From contig CAUAJB010000001.1 in NCBI GenBank assembly GCA_958429225.1, positions 8,955-72,954 of the forward strand: a DNA stretch of 64,000 nucleotides. Direction: 5' to 3'. Both the position numbers and the translations under genes were made by a program. This DNA comes from an uncultured Collinsella sp. GTDB lineage: Bacteria; Actinomycetota; Coriobacteriia; Coriobacteriales; Coriobacteriaceae. Below, one piece after another: positions 35,112 through 43,048 of the stretch (the first letter of the stretch is position 1; every line of letters starts with the position of its first letter). The notes beneath the pieces were generated by a model that ran no database searches, was not told the origin of the DNA, and saw only the letters and a list, made by a program, of their open reading frames with translations.

Positions 35112-35645
35112 TTACTTCAGTGCGTCGGCGCGCAGATCGACGCCGGCGGATTTGAACACGAGCGTGCGGTCGTACCACTGCTCTTTTCTAATACTCCACG
35201 CGGCGCAGGCGGTGTCCTCGTCGAGCGCTTCAACGGGTACGTCGTAGGTGTACTTGCCTTCCGCGTTTTCCACATAGGGGATGAAGTCGGCCTCGCTCGC
35301 GGCGGCAGCCTCGTCGCCCGTGCCCATGAAGAGCTTGCCGTAGCCCGTGCCGGAAAGTGTCATCACGCAGTGCATGGAGCCGTTTTCCACGATGAGCTGG
35401 GCGTCCACAATCCTGAACATGTTCGAGCTGGAATCTACGGTGATCGGATAGGTGCCGTCGGCCACCTTGTCGGCGGTGATGGGGGCAGCGCTTGCGCCCT
35501 CGGGCGCATCGGCCGCCTGTTCGGTCTTTTCCTGGGAATCGGCATCGCTTGCCTTTGCGTTGTCGATTGAATTTCCGCCGCAGCCGGCGAGCGAGAACGC
35601 GAAAAGCGCCGCCGACAGGGCGAAGGCGAGGGTTGTCTGCAACAT
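35112..35645 (-). CDS. Lipoprotein of unknown function (domain shared with the N-terminus of the adjacent SBP)
   Basis: Start is ATG 35645 (MLQTTLAFALSAALFAFSLAGCGG, lipobox LAGC). The 177-aa product has a low-complexity linker followed by a domain of about 110 aa. Confidence 0.7.
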   Translation of the reverse strand: MLQTTLAFALSAALFAFSLAGCGGNSIDNAKASDADSQEKTEQAADAPEGASAAPITADKVADGTYPITVDSSSNMFRIVDAQLIVENGSMHCVMTLSGTGYGKLFMGTGDEAAAASEADFIPYVENAEGKYTYDVPVEALDEDTACAAWSIRKEQWYDRTLVFKSAGVDLRADALK

Positions 35646-35789
35646 GGAGGGGTTCCTTTCAATCGCTTCGACCGCCCGCGCCGTGCGGTGGGCGGGCGGG
35701 ATGCGAATGCAACGGGCATGCGCCGTCGGTCGGGGAAGGCGCATGCCCGTTGCACGGGGACGCGACCGGCGCCCCCGTGCGCGGCGAGT

Positions 35790-36716
35790 TTACAGCTTGG
35801 CGATGGCGTCGTCCACGTGCGAGACGTAGATGTCGTCGACCGCGACGTTCTGTCCCAGACCCTGGAGCAGGCACGTCACTTCGAAGCCGGCGGCCACGAA
35901 CTTCGCAGCCCAGCTGTCGGGGTCGGTCTCGTCTGCCATGTCGTTGTTCGCGTGGTCGCCCGCGACCACCATGAACGGCGCGAGCACGGCCTTCTTGTAG
36001 CCTGCGGCGCTCGCGGCGGCGATAACATCCTCGCAGGTCGGTTCAGCCTCGACGGTGCCGACGAAGAACTGCGTCAAGCCCTCGTTCTTAAACACTTCCT
36101 GCATCTTGGCATAGTCGGCGTTGGAATCGGCTTCGGTGCCGTGGCCCATGAGGCACAGCGCCGTCTTGCCGTCGTCGAAGGACGCCATGTTCTCCTTAAT
36201 GGCTGCGGCCACCTTCTTGTAGTCGTCGTCGGAGGTGAGCAGCGGGTCGCCGAGCGAGATCTTATCGAACTTGTCGGCGTACTTGTCGAGCTCGTCTTTC
36301 ACGTCGGTGTATTCCAGGCCGCCCATGAGATGCGTCGGCTGCACGACGATTTCCTTCACGCCGTCTTCCACGCAGCGGTCGAGCGCCTCGGTCATGTTGT
36401 CGATCGTGATACCGTCGCGCTTCTTCAGCTTGTCGATGATGATCTGCGCGGTGAAGGCGCGGCGGATGTCGTAGTCCTGCCAGTACTTCTCGCGGATAGC
36501 GTCTTCGATGGCGCCGATGGTGATGTGGCGCGAGTCGTTGTAGCTCGTGCCGAAGCTCGTGACGAGGATGACCGGCTTCACGGCCTTCTCCTTTTCACTC
36601 GATTTCTCGGAACTCGTGGAGGTGTTGGAGCAGCCCGCGAGCGCGACTCCGGCGAGCGCGACGGCTCCGGTTGCTGCGGCGCCCATGAAGCCGCGGCGTG
36701 ACATCTGGTCGGACAT
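35790..36716 (-). CDS. cbiK: Sirohydrochlorin cobaltochelatase CbiK-like protein with Tat signal and lipobox
   Basis: Start is ATG 36716. The N-terminus has twin-arginine SRRGFMGAAA and lipobox LAGC. CbiK-family motifs SFGTSY, RAFT, MGHG and VAGDHANNDMA are present. Confidence 0.8.
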   Translation of the reverse strand: MSDQMSRRGFMGAAATGAVALAGVALAGCSNTSTSSEKSSEKEKAVKPVILVTSFGTSYNDSRHITIGAIEDAIREKYWQDYDIRRAFTAQIIIDKLKKRDGITIDNMTEALDRCVEDGVKEIVVQPTHLMGGLEYTDVKDELDKYADKFDKISLGDPLLTSDDDYKKVAAAIKENMASFDDGKTALCLMGHGTEADSNADYAKMQEVFKNEGLTQFFVGTVEAEPTCEDVIAAASAAGYKKAVLAPFMVVAGDHANNDMADETDPDSWAAKFVAAGFEVTCLLQGLGQNVAVDDIYVSHVDDAIAKL

Positions 36717-36729
36717 GGTTTTTCCTTTC

Positions 36730-36965
36730 CTCGGTTTGCCGGTCCCCCGGCGACAGTTGCTTGTCGGCACAAGCGAAAGAAAAGCGCACCCCTCGGGGTT
36801 CACAAGGAGCTAACGCCACGGCGATGCCGTGAGGAAAAGGCGAAGCAGTCTGGCTTGGGGCGCGAGGCGGTTCGCCCGCGCGTCCTATACAGTAATGTCC
36901 CTTGCCCAGGATTCCCACCTGGTTCCCTCCGCAAGCCAGCGCGGGCTGTGCGGGCGCCGCGCCGG
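36730..36965 (-). promoter_or_regulatory. Cobalamin riboswitch (leader of the cbiK-like/ABC importer operon)
   Basis: The minus strand reads GGAGGGAACCAGGUGGGAAUCCUGG...ACUGUA. This core is closed by helix GCCCGCGC/GCGCGGGC and followed by a B12-box-like AAGCCAGACUGC. A CCUUUUCCUC segment is complementary to the SD GAGGAAAGG. Confidence 0.7.
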
Positions 36966-37174
36966 TCATTTCCTTTTATCCGATTGTCATATGCTCGTTG
37001 CCGAAACTTTTACTATGATAGTGGGCACTTGTGAACGTGTCAAAGCCAGGGCGGGCGGCATTGCGCCTCCTGCCTGCGTATTTGCGCCGATTGCCGCCGC
37101 AGGCGCCGTGTTTTGTCCGCTGCGCGAATGGCGGCGTAAACGGTTGCGATGAGAAACGGGAAGGGAAGGCTCGG

Positions 37175-37966
37175 ATGATTCATATCGTTGGCGCAGGCTC
37201 GGGCGCCGCCGACCTTATCACGCTGCGCGGGGCGCGCCTTCTGCGCGCGGCCGACGTGGTCGTTTGGGCGGGGAGCCTTGTGAACCCCGAGCTGCTCGCC
37301 GAGTGCAAGGAATCCTGCGTCGTCTACGACAGCGCGCACATGACCTTGGAGGAAGTGCTCGACGTGATGTGCGCGGCGGATGCACGGGGCGAGGAAGTGG
37401 TGCGCCTGCACACGGGCGACCCGTGCCTGTACGGCGCCATCCAGGAGCAGATGGACGCACTCGACGCGCGCGGCGTGGACTACGAGGTGGTGCCCGGCGT
37501 GTCGAGCTTTTGCGGTGCCGCGGCGGCGCTTCGCCAGGAATACACGCTGCCGGGAATCAGCCAGTCGGTCGTGATCACGCGGCTTTCCGGGCGCACCCCC
37601 ATGCCCGCGGGCGAGGGCATGCGCACCATGGCGGAAAGCGGCTCGACTATGGTCATCTTCTTGAGCTCGGGTATGCTCGCCGAGCTTTCCGCCGAGCTTT
37701 TGGCCGCGGGCCGCAGCTCCGACGAGCCGGCGGCGCTCGTGTACAAGGCGACCTGGCCTGAGGAGCGCGTGGTGCGCTGCACAGTGGGCACGCTCGCCGA
37801 TGCGGGTGCGCGAGAGGGCATCGACCGCACGGCGCTCGTGGTGGTGGGCCGCGTGCTCGGAGCTCGCGGTGGGCTTGCGCACGACGGCGCGCAAGCGGAG
37901 TCGTACGAGCGCAGCAAGCTTTACGACCCTTCGTTTGCCACGGGGTATCGGAAGGCGAGCAGCTAG
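37175..37966 (+). CDS. cbiF: Cobalt-precorrin-4 C11-methyltransferase
   Basis: Start is ATG 37175 (MIHIVGAGSGAADLITLRG). It has the TP-methylase fold, with HTGDPCLYGA. Confidence 0.9.
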   Translation: MIHIVGAGSGAADLITLRGARLLRAADVVVWAGSLVNPELLAECKESCVVYDSAHMTLEEVLDVMCAADARGEEVVRLHTGDPCLYGAIQEQMDALDARGVDYEVVPGVSSFCGAAAALRQEYTLPGISQSVVITRLSGRTPMPAGEGMRTMAESGSTMVIFLSSGMLAELSAELLAAGRSSDEPAALVYKATWPEERVVRCTVGTLADAGAREGIDRTALVVVGRVLGARGGLAHDGAQAESYERSKLYDPSFATGYRKASS

Positions 37967-37967
37967 C

Positions 37968-39152
37968 GTGGCCTTCGAGCACTACATATATACCGGGACG
38001 ACCCGCCTGCGCTGCGGCTATACCACGGGGAGCTGCGCCACGCTCGCGGCGAAGGCGGCCTGCGAGATGCTCTTGTCACGAAAGCCCGTCGGCCACGTGT
38101 CGATCGTCACCCCCGGCGGGCTGCCCGTCGAGACGGACGTGGTCGATGCATGCATCGGCGAGGGGTGCGCCCAGTGCGCCGTGCAAAAGGACGCAGGCGA
38201 CGACGCCGATGTGACCGACGGCGTGCTCGTGTACGCGCGCGTGGAACATGCGGGGTCGGGCACGGGCGCTGCGGGCAGCAAGGGCGTGCCCACGCGCGAA
38301 TCGGAAGTTTCCGTCGATGGCGGCGTGGGCGTGGGGCGCGTGACGTTGCCCGGGCTCGAGCAGCCAGTGGGGGCGGCCGCCATCAACGCGACGCCGCGCG
38401 CGATGATCACTTCGGCGGTGCGCGAGGTGTGCGCCGCGCACGGCTTTTCTGGAAATATTGCTGTGACGATTTCGGTACCCGAGGGTGTTGCCCTTGCCGA
38501 AAAGACCTTCAACCCGCACCTGGGGATAGAGGGCGGCATCTCCATCCTGGGCACGACGGGCATCGTCGAGCCGCGCAGCCTCGCTGCCTTGCGCGACAGC
38601 ATCGAGCTCGAGATCCGGCAGCATGCGGCTATGGGGCGGCGCGGAGTCGTGCTCACGCCCGGCAACTACGGCGAGCAGTTCATCTCGGGGCATTTTCACC
38701 TAAACGGAGCGCCGGTGGTCTTCATCTCCAACTTTGTGGGCGATGCGATTGATTGCTGCGTTCGCGAGGGATTTACCAATGTCCTTCTTGTGGGACACAT
38801 CGGCAAGCTGGTGAAGGTCGCTGGCGGCATCATGGACACCCATTCGCGTACCGCCGACTGCCGCGCGGAGATTCTGGCCGCCCACGCGGCCTTGGCCGGC
38901 GCGGGCGCGAAGACCGTGCGCGAGATCATGTCTTCGGTCACGACCACGGCGGCGCTCGAGGTAATCGAGGCCGCCGGCGTGGGGGACGCTGCGCGCGCCT
39001 CGCTCGCTGCGGCAACCGAGGACAGGTTGCGCCGCCGCGCGGCGGGCGCATGCGATATCGCCGCGGTCGTGTTCGACGCCGGGCGCCGCGAGCTTTTCCG
39101 TACGTCGGGCGCCGATGCAGTTATCGGGGAATTGGGGGTGACGTATGAGTAA
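37968..39152 (+). CDS. cbiD: Cobalt-precorrin-5B C1-methyltransferase
   Basis: The GTG start lies 1 nt after the cbiF stop. The CbiD signature GYTTGSCATLAAKAA is present. Confidence 0.9.
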   Translation: MAFEHYIYTGTTRLRCGYTTGSCATLAAKAACEMLLSRKPVGHVSIVTPGGLPVETDVVDACIGEGCAQCAVQKDAGDDADVTDGVLVYARVEHAGSGTGAAGSKGVPTRESEVSVDGGVGVGRVTLPGLEQPVGAAAINATPRAMITSAVREVCAAHGFSGNIAVTISVPEGVALAEKTFNPHLGIEGGISILGTTGIVEPRSLAALRDSIELEIRQHAAMGRRGVVLTPGNYGEQFISGHFHLNGAPVVFISNFVGDAIDCCVREGFTNVLLVGHIGKLVKVAGGIMDTHSRTADCRAEILAAHAALAGAGAKTVREIMSSVTTTAALEVIEAAGVGDAARASLAAATEDRLRRRAAGACDIAAVVFDAGRRELFRTSGADAVIGELGVTYE

Positions 39153-39834
39153 AGGCGTGCTGTACGGGGTGGGAACGGGGCCTGGCGACCCCGAGCTGCT
39201 CACGATCAAGGCCGTCCGCACAATCGAATCGTGTCCGGTCATCGCCGCGCCGCAGACGGCGGACGGGGCCATGGTCGCGCTCGATATCGTGCGCGGCGCC
39301 GTCGACCTTACAGGCAAGACGGTGATCCCCGTGCGGTTCTCGATGACGCGCGACGCCGAGCGCCGCGCGGCCGAGCATGCCTCGCTTGTTCGCGAGCTTG
39401 TCGCGCACCTGGATGCGGCCCGCGACGTCGCGCTGCTGAACCTGGGGGACCCGAGCATCTACGCCACCTTCCAGCGCATAGCGCCCGACGTGCGCGCCCG
39501 CGGGTTCGAGGCGCGTGCCATTCCCGGCGTGCCGAGCTTCTGCGCGGTCGCCGCGGCGCTCGAGCGCGACCTCACGCCCGAGATGTCGTCGCCTCTGCAT
39601 ATCGTGCCCGGCGGCTACGACGACGTGCGCCGCGCAATCGGCTGGCCGGGGACGAAGGTGATCATGAAGGCGCGCCGTTCGCTTGCGGACACGAAGCGCA
39701 TCCTTCGCGAGGAGGGCGCCTTCGACGGTGCCGAGCTCGTAGAGGACTGTGGGCTTCCGGGCGAGCGCGTGTACCGCTCGCTCGACGATGTGCCCGATCG
39801 GGGCAGCTACTTCTCGACGATGGTGGTGCGCTAG
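39145..39834 (+). CDS. cbiL: Cobalt-precorrin-2 C20-methyltransferase
   Basis: N-terminus is LYGVGTGPGDPELLTIKAV. It overlaps cbiD by 8 nt. Confidence 0.9.
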   Translation: MSKGVLYGVGTGPGDPELLTIKAVRTIESCPVIAAPQTADGAMVALDIVRGAVDLTGKTVIPVRFSMTRDAERRAAEHASLVRELVAHLDAARDVALLNLGDPSIYATFQRIAPDVRARGFEARAIPGVPSFCAVAAALERDLTPEMSSPLHIVPGGYDDVRRAIGWPGTKVIMKARRSLADTKRILREEGAFDGAELVEDCGLPGERVYRSLDDVPDRGSYFSTMVVR

Positions 39835-40968
39835 ATGAGGGTTTCCTGCATAGCGTTCACTGAGAGGGGGTATGCGTTGGCGGAGCGCACCGCACGCGCG
39901 CTTTCCGATTGCGCGCAGACAGGTGAAGATGATCCTGGCTGGGACGTTTCCGTTTCACGCGGGTTCGGCGAGGGGAAGGCCGACTTGCGCGCATGGACGG
40001 CGCTCGCGTGGGAAGCGTCGGACGCGCTTCTGTTCGTGGGCGCGGCGGGCATCGCCGTGCGGGCGATCGCGCCGCATGTCGCCTCGAAGGCAACCGATTC
40101 CGCGGTTGTGGCGATCGACGAGGCGGGGCGCTTTGCCGTCCCGCTTTTGTCGGGGCATTTGGGCGGCGCGAACGAGCTTGCGCAAACTGTGGCACGCGCG
40201 GCAGGGGCCATCCCCGTCATCACCACGGCGACCGACGTCCGCGGCGTGTGGGCGGTGGATACGTGGGCGCGCCGTGCGGGTCTCGCCGTTTCGAATCCCG
40301 AAGCCATCAAGCGAGTGTCGGCGCGGCTGCTTTCGGGCGGGCGCGTGGCGCTCTATTCCGACATGCCGATTTCGGGACAGCCGCCTAAGGGGGTTGACAT
40401 TGCGTCAAACCGCGCTCGGGCCGATATCGTCGTGTCGCCGTTCGCTGGCGCGAATGCAGGTGCGTCCGTTCGCGCGGCGGAGACAACGGGCGAGGTCGTG
40501 CCCGCCGGTGAGACGGGGAAGCCGGCGGGCGTGCGGGCGCAGGCGCCTGCGCCCGAGCCGCTTTGCCTTGTCGTGCCCTGCATCGTTGCGGGCATAGGGT
40601 GCCGTCGCGGTGCGTGCGCCGAAGCGATTGGGGAGGCGTTTCTTCTCGCGTGCGGGCAGGCGGGCATCTCGCCTTCGGCCGTGCGCGAGGCGGCGACGAT
40701 CGACGTGAAGGCGCACGAGGAGGGTCTGCTCGCCTTCTGCCGCGCGCGCAATATCCCGCTTGCGACGTATTCCGCAGAGGAGTTGTCGCAGGTCGAAGGC
40801 AGCGTTTCGCCATCTGATTTCGTGCGCGCGACGGTGGGGGTCGACAACGTGTGCGAGCGCGCGGCGCTCGCGGACGGGGGCAAACTTATCTTCCCAAAGC
40901 TCGCTCACGGCGGCGTGACCGTCGCGTTTTCCAAGGTAACTATCGAACTTTCGTTTAAGGAGCGGTGA
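39835..40968 (+). CDS. cbiG: Cobalt-precorrin-5A hydrolase
   Basis: CbiG N-, middle and C-terminal regions are recognisable (VAGIGCRRG ... IDVKAHEEGL). Confidence 0.85.
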   Translation: MRVSCIAFTERGYALAERTARALSDCAQTGEDDPGWDVSVSRGFGEGKADLRAWTALAWEASDALLFVGAAGIAVRAIAPHVASKATDSAVVAIDEAGRFAVPLLSGHLGGANELAQTVARAAGAIPVITTATDVRGVWAVDTWARRAGLAVSNPEAIKRVSARLLSGGRVALYSDMPISGQPPKGVDIASNRARADIVVSPFAGANAGASVRAAETTGEVVPAGETGKPAGVRAQAPAPEPLCLVVPCIVAGIGCRRGACAEAIGEAFLLACGQAGISPSAVREAATIDVKAHEEGLLAFCRARNIPLATYSAEELSQVEGSVSPSDFVRATVGVDNVCERAALADGGKLIFPKLAHGGVTVAFSKVTIELSFKER

Positions 40969-41711
40969 TGGGAAAGCTCTTCGTGGTGGGGATCGGCCCG
41001 GGCGGCCCCGACGGCATGACGATTGCGGCTCGGCGCGCGCTCGAGGCGGCCGACACCGTTGTGGGGTACACGAAATACGTGGAGCTCGCGCTCGCCGCCG
41101 TGCCCGACGTGGCGCATCTCGCGACGCCGATGATGCACGAGGTCGAACGGTGCCGCCTGGCGCTTTCGCGTGCGCAGAGCGGAGAAGCCGTGGCGCTCGT
41201 GTGCAGCGGTGACGCGGGCGTGTACGGCATGGCGAGCCCCGTGCTGGAGCTTGCGGAGGACTACCCCGATGTAGACGTGGAAGTTATCGCCGGGGCCACC
41301 GCGGCTCAAAGCGGGTCGGCGGTGCTCGGCGCCCCGCTTGCCCACGACTTCGCGGTCGTGTCGCTCTCCGACTTGCTCACGCCGTGGGAGGTCATCGAGC
41401 GCAGGCTCGCCGCCGTGGCGATCGCCGACTTCTGCATCTGTTTGTACAACCCGCGCAGCAGAAAGCGCGCCGACAGGCTCTCGCGCGCGGCGAAGATTAT
41501 GCTCGAATGGAAGGCCCCCGACACGCTCTGCGGTTGGGTACGCAACATCGGGCGCGAGGGGCAGCAGTCGGGCATGTGCAGGCTCTCCGAGCTGGGGGAG
41601 CTCGATGCAGACATGTTCACCACCGTGTTCGTCGGCAACGCGGGCACGAAGCGCGTAGGCGGCCGTATGGTCACGCCGCGCGGGTATCGGGAGATTCCAT
41701 GCGAAAGGTAA
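40968..41711 (+). CDS. cbiH: Cobalt-precorrin-3B C17-methyltransferase
   Basis: ATG 40968 lies 5 nt after RBS AAGGAG (a GTG at 40965 is also possible). N-terminus is VVGIGPGGPDGMTIAARRALEAADTVVGYTKY. Confidence 0.9.
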   Translation: MGKLFVVGIGPGGPDGMTIAARRALEAADTVVGYTKYVELALAAVPDVAHLATPMMHEVERCRLALSRAQSGEAVALVCSGDAGVYGMASPVLELAEDYPDVDVEVIAGATAAQSGSAVLGAPLAHDFAVVSLSDLLTPWEVIERRLAAVAIADFCICLYNPRSRKRADRLSRAAKIMLEWKAPDTLCGWVRNIGREGQQSGMCRLSELGELDADMFTTVFVGNAGTKRVGGRMVTPRGYREIPCER

Positions 41712-43048
41712 CGATTATCGGGGCGGGGCCCGGAAACGCCGACTTGCTCTCGCGCGCGGCGCTCGACGCGATCGACATCGCCGACGTGGTCATCGGCGCT
41801 CATCGCGCGCTTGTTGGCATCGACGTGCCGCCCGACGTGGTGAGATGCGAGCTCGTGAAGACGGCGGACATCGTCGCCGCGCTCACCGATGCGGCGTCGT
41901 GGCAGCGCGCCGTGGTCGTGATGACGGGCGATGTGGGGCTGTTCAGCGGCGCGCGCCGCCTGGCGGAGGCAATCTCCGGCGACGCGCAGGTGGACGTGCG
42001 CATCATTCCCGGCATAAGCTCAGCGTCGTATCTCGCCGCGTGCCTCGCGCGTCCATGGCAGGATTGGCGCTTCGCGAGCGCTCACGGCGTGGCGTGCGAC
42101 ATCGTGGCCGAGGCCGAGCGCGCAGGTGAGCTCTTCCTCGTCACGTCGGGCGGGGAAGACCCCTCGCGGCTTTCGGGCGAGCTTGTGCAGGCGGGCTTCG
42201 GGGACGCGCGCGTGACGGTGGCCGAGCGCCTGTCGTACCCCGACGAGCGTATCACCTGCGCGACCGCAAGTGAAATCGCAGGTCAGACGTTCGACGACTT
42301 GAACGTGATGCTTATCGATTTCGCAGGTGGCGCCGGGTCGCCTGCGGGCTCTAGCGCAGCCTCCGAGGCGCCGGCCGGCGCGTCTGCATCCGCGGCGGCT
42401 TCTTCCGCGGCGGACCCTGCGGGCGCATCCCGCGCCGCGAGCTCCCGCTGGCCGTACGCTTCCTCGGGCATTCCCGACGAGCTCTTCATCCGCGGCGAAG
42501 TTCCCATGACCAAGCAGGAGGTGCGCGCCGTCGCGCTCGCGAAGCTGCGCCTTACCGCGACCGACACCGTGTGGGACGTCGGCGCCGGCACGGGGAGCGT
42601 GTCGATCGAGGCGGCGCTCGTCGCGCGAGCGGGCTCGGTATGGGCGGTGGAGCGCAACGCGGCCGGCGTGCGGCTCATCCGAGAGAACGCGGATGCATTC
42701 GGGTGCGGCAACGTGCATGCGGTCCCCGGTGTCGCCCCCGATGCGCTCGCGAAACTGCCCGTCCCCGACGCCGTGTTCGTCGGCGGGAGTGCGTGCGAGC
42801 TTCCCTCCATCGTGGAGGCGGCGCTCGAGAAGAACTCGCAGGTTCGCCTGTGCGTGCCATGCGTCACCGTTGAGACGCTCACCGAGGCGTGCGCGCTCCT
42901 CTCGGGTTCGCGCTTTAAGGGGTTCGAGGCGTGCCAGGTGTCGGCCGCCCGCGCCGAGGCTGTAGGCTCGCACCATCTTATGAAGGCGCAAAACCCCGTG
43001 TTCCTCGTCAGCGCGCGTGGTGCAGGTGGGGAAGGCGGCGCCCGGTGA
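41699..43048 (+). CDS. cbiET: Fused cobalt-precorrin-7 C5-methyltransferase / cobalt-precorrin-6B C15-methyltransferase (decarboxylating)
   Basis: The CbiE part (IIGAGPGNADLLSRAAL) and the CbiT SAM-methyltransferase part (VWDVGAGTGSVSIEAA) are joined by an Ala/Ser/Gly linker. Confidence 0.85.
   Translation: MRKVTIIGAGPGNADLLSRAALDAIDIADVVIGAHRALVGIDVPPDVVRCELVKTADIVAALTDAASWQRAVVVMTGDVGLFSGARRLAEAISGDAQVDVRIIPGISSASYLAACLARPWQDWRFASAHGVACDIVAEAERAGELFLVTSGGEDPSRLSGELVQAGFGDARVTVAERLSYPDERITCATASEIAGQTFDDLNVMLIDFAGGAGSPAGSSAASEAPAGASASAAASSAADPAGASRAASSRWPYASSGIPDELFIRGEVPMTKQEVRAVALAKLRLTATDTVWDVGAGTGSVSIEAALVARAGSVWAVERNAAGVRLIRENADAFGCGNVHAVPGVAPDALAKLPVPDAVFVGGSACELPSIVEAALEKNSQVRLCVPCVTVETLTEACALLSGSRFKGFEACQVSAARAEAVGSHHLMKAQNPVFLVSARGAGGEGGAR

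Noticed and set aside
36966-37174. A second cobalamin riboswitch in front of the cbiF biosynthetic operon.
   Set aside because: An AAAGCCAGGGCGGGC string superficially resembles a B12 box. The GGGAA...GGUG...AAUCC...ACUGU core is absent, and the leader is too short.
42300-42440. The Ala/Ser/Gly low-complexity stretch in the middle of cbiET. I considered whether it marks a frameshifted junction of two genes (a pseudogene).
   Set aside because: The reading frame is continuous. Recognisable CbiE motifs lie before the stretch and CbiT motifs after it, which is consistent with a natural fusion linker.
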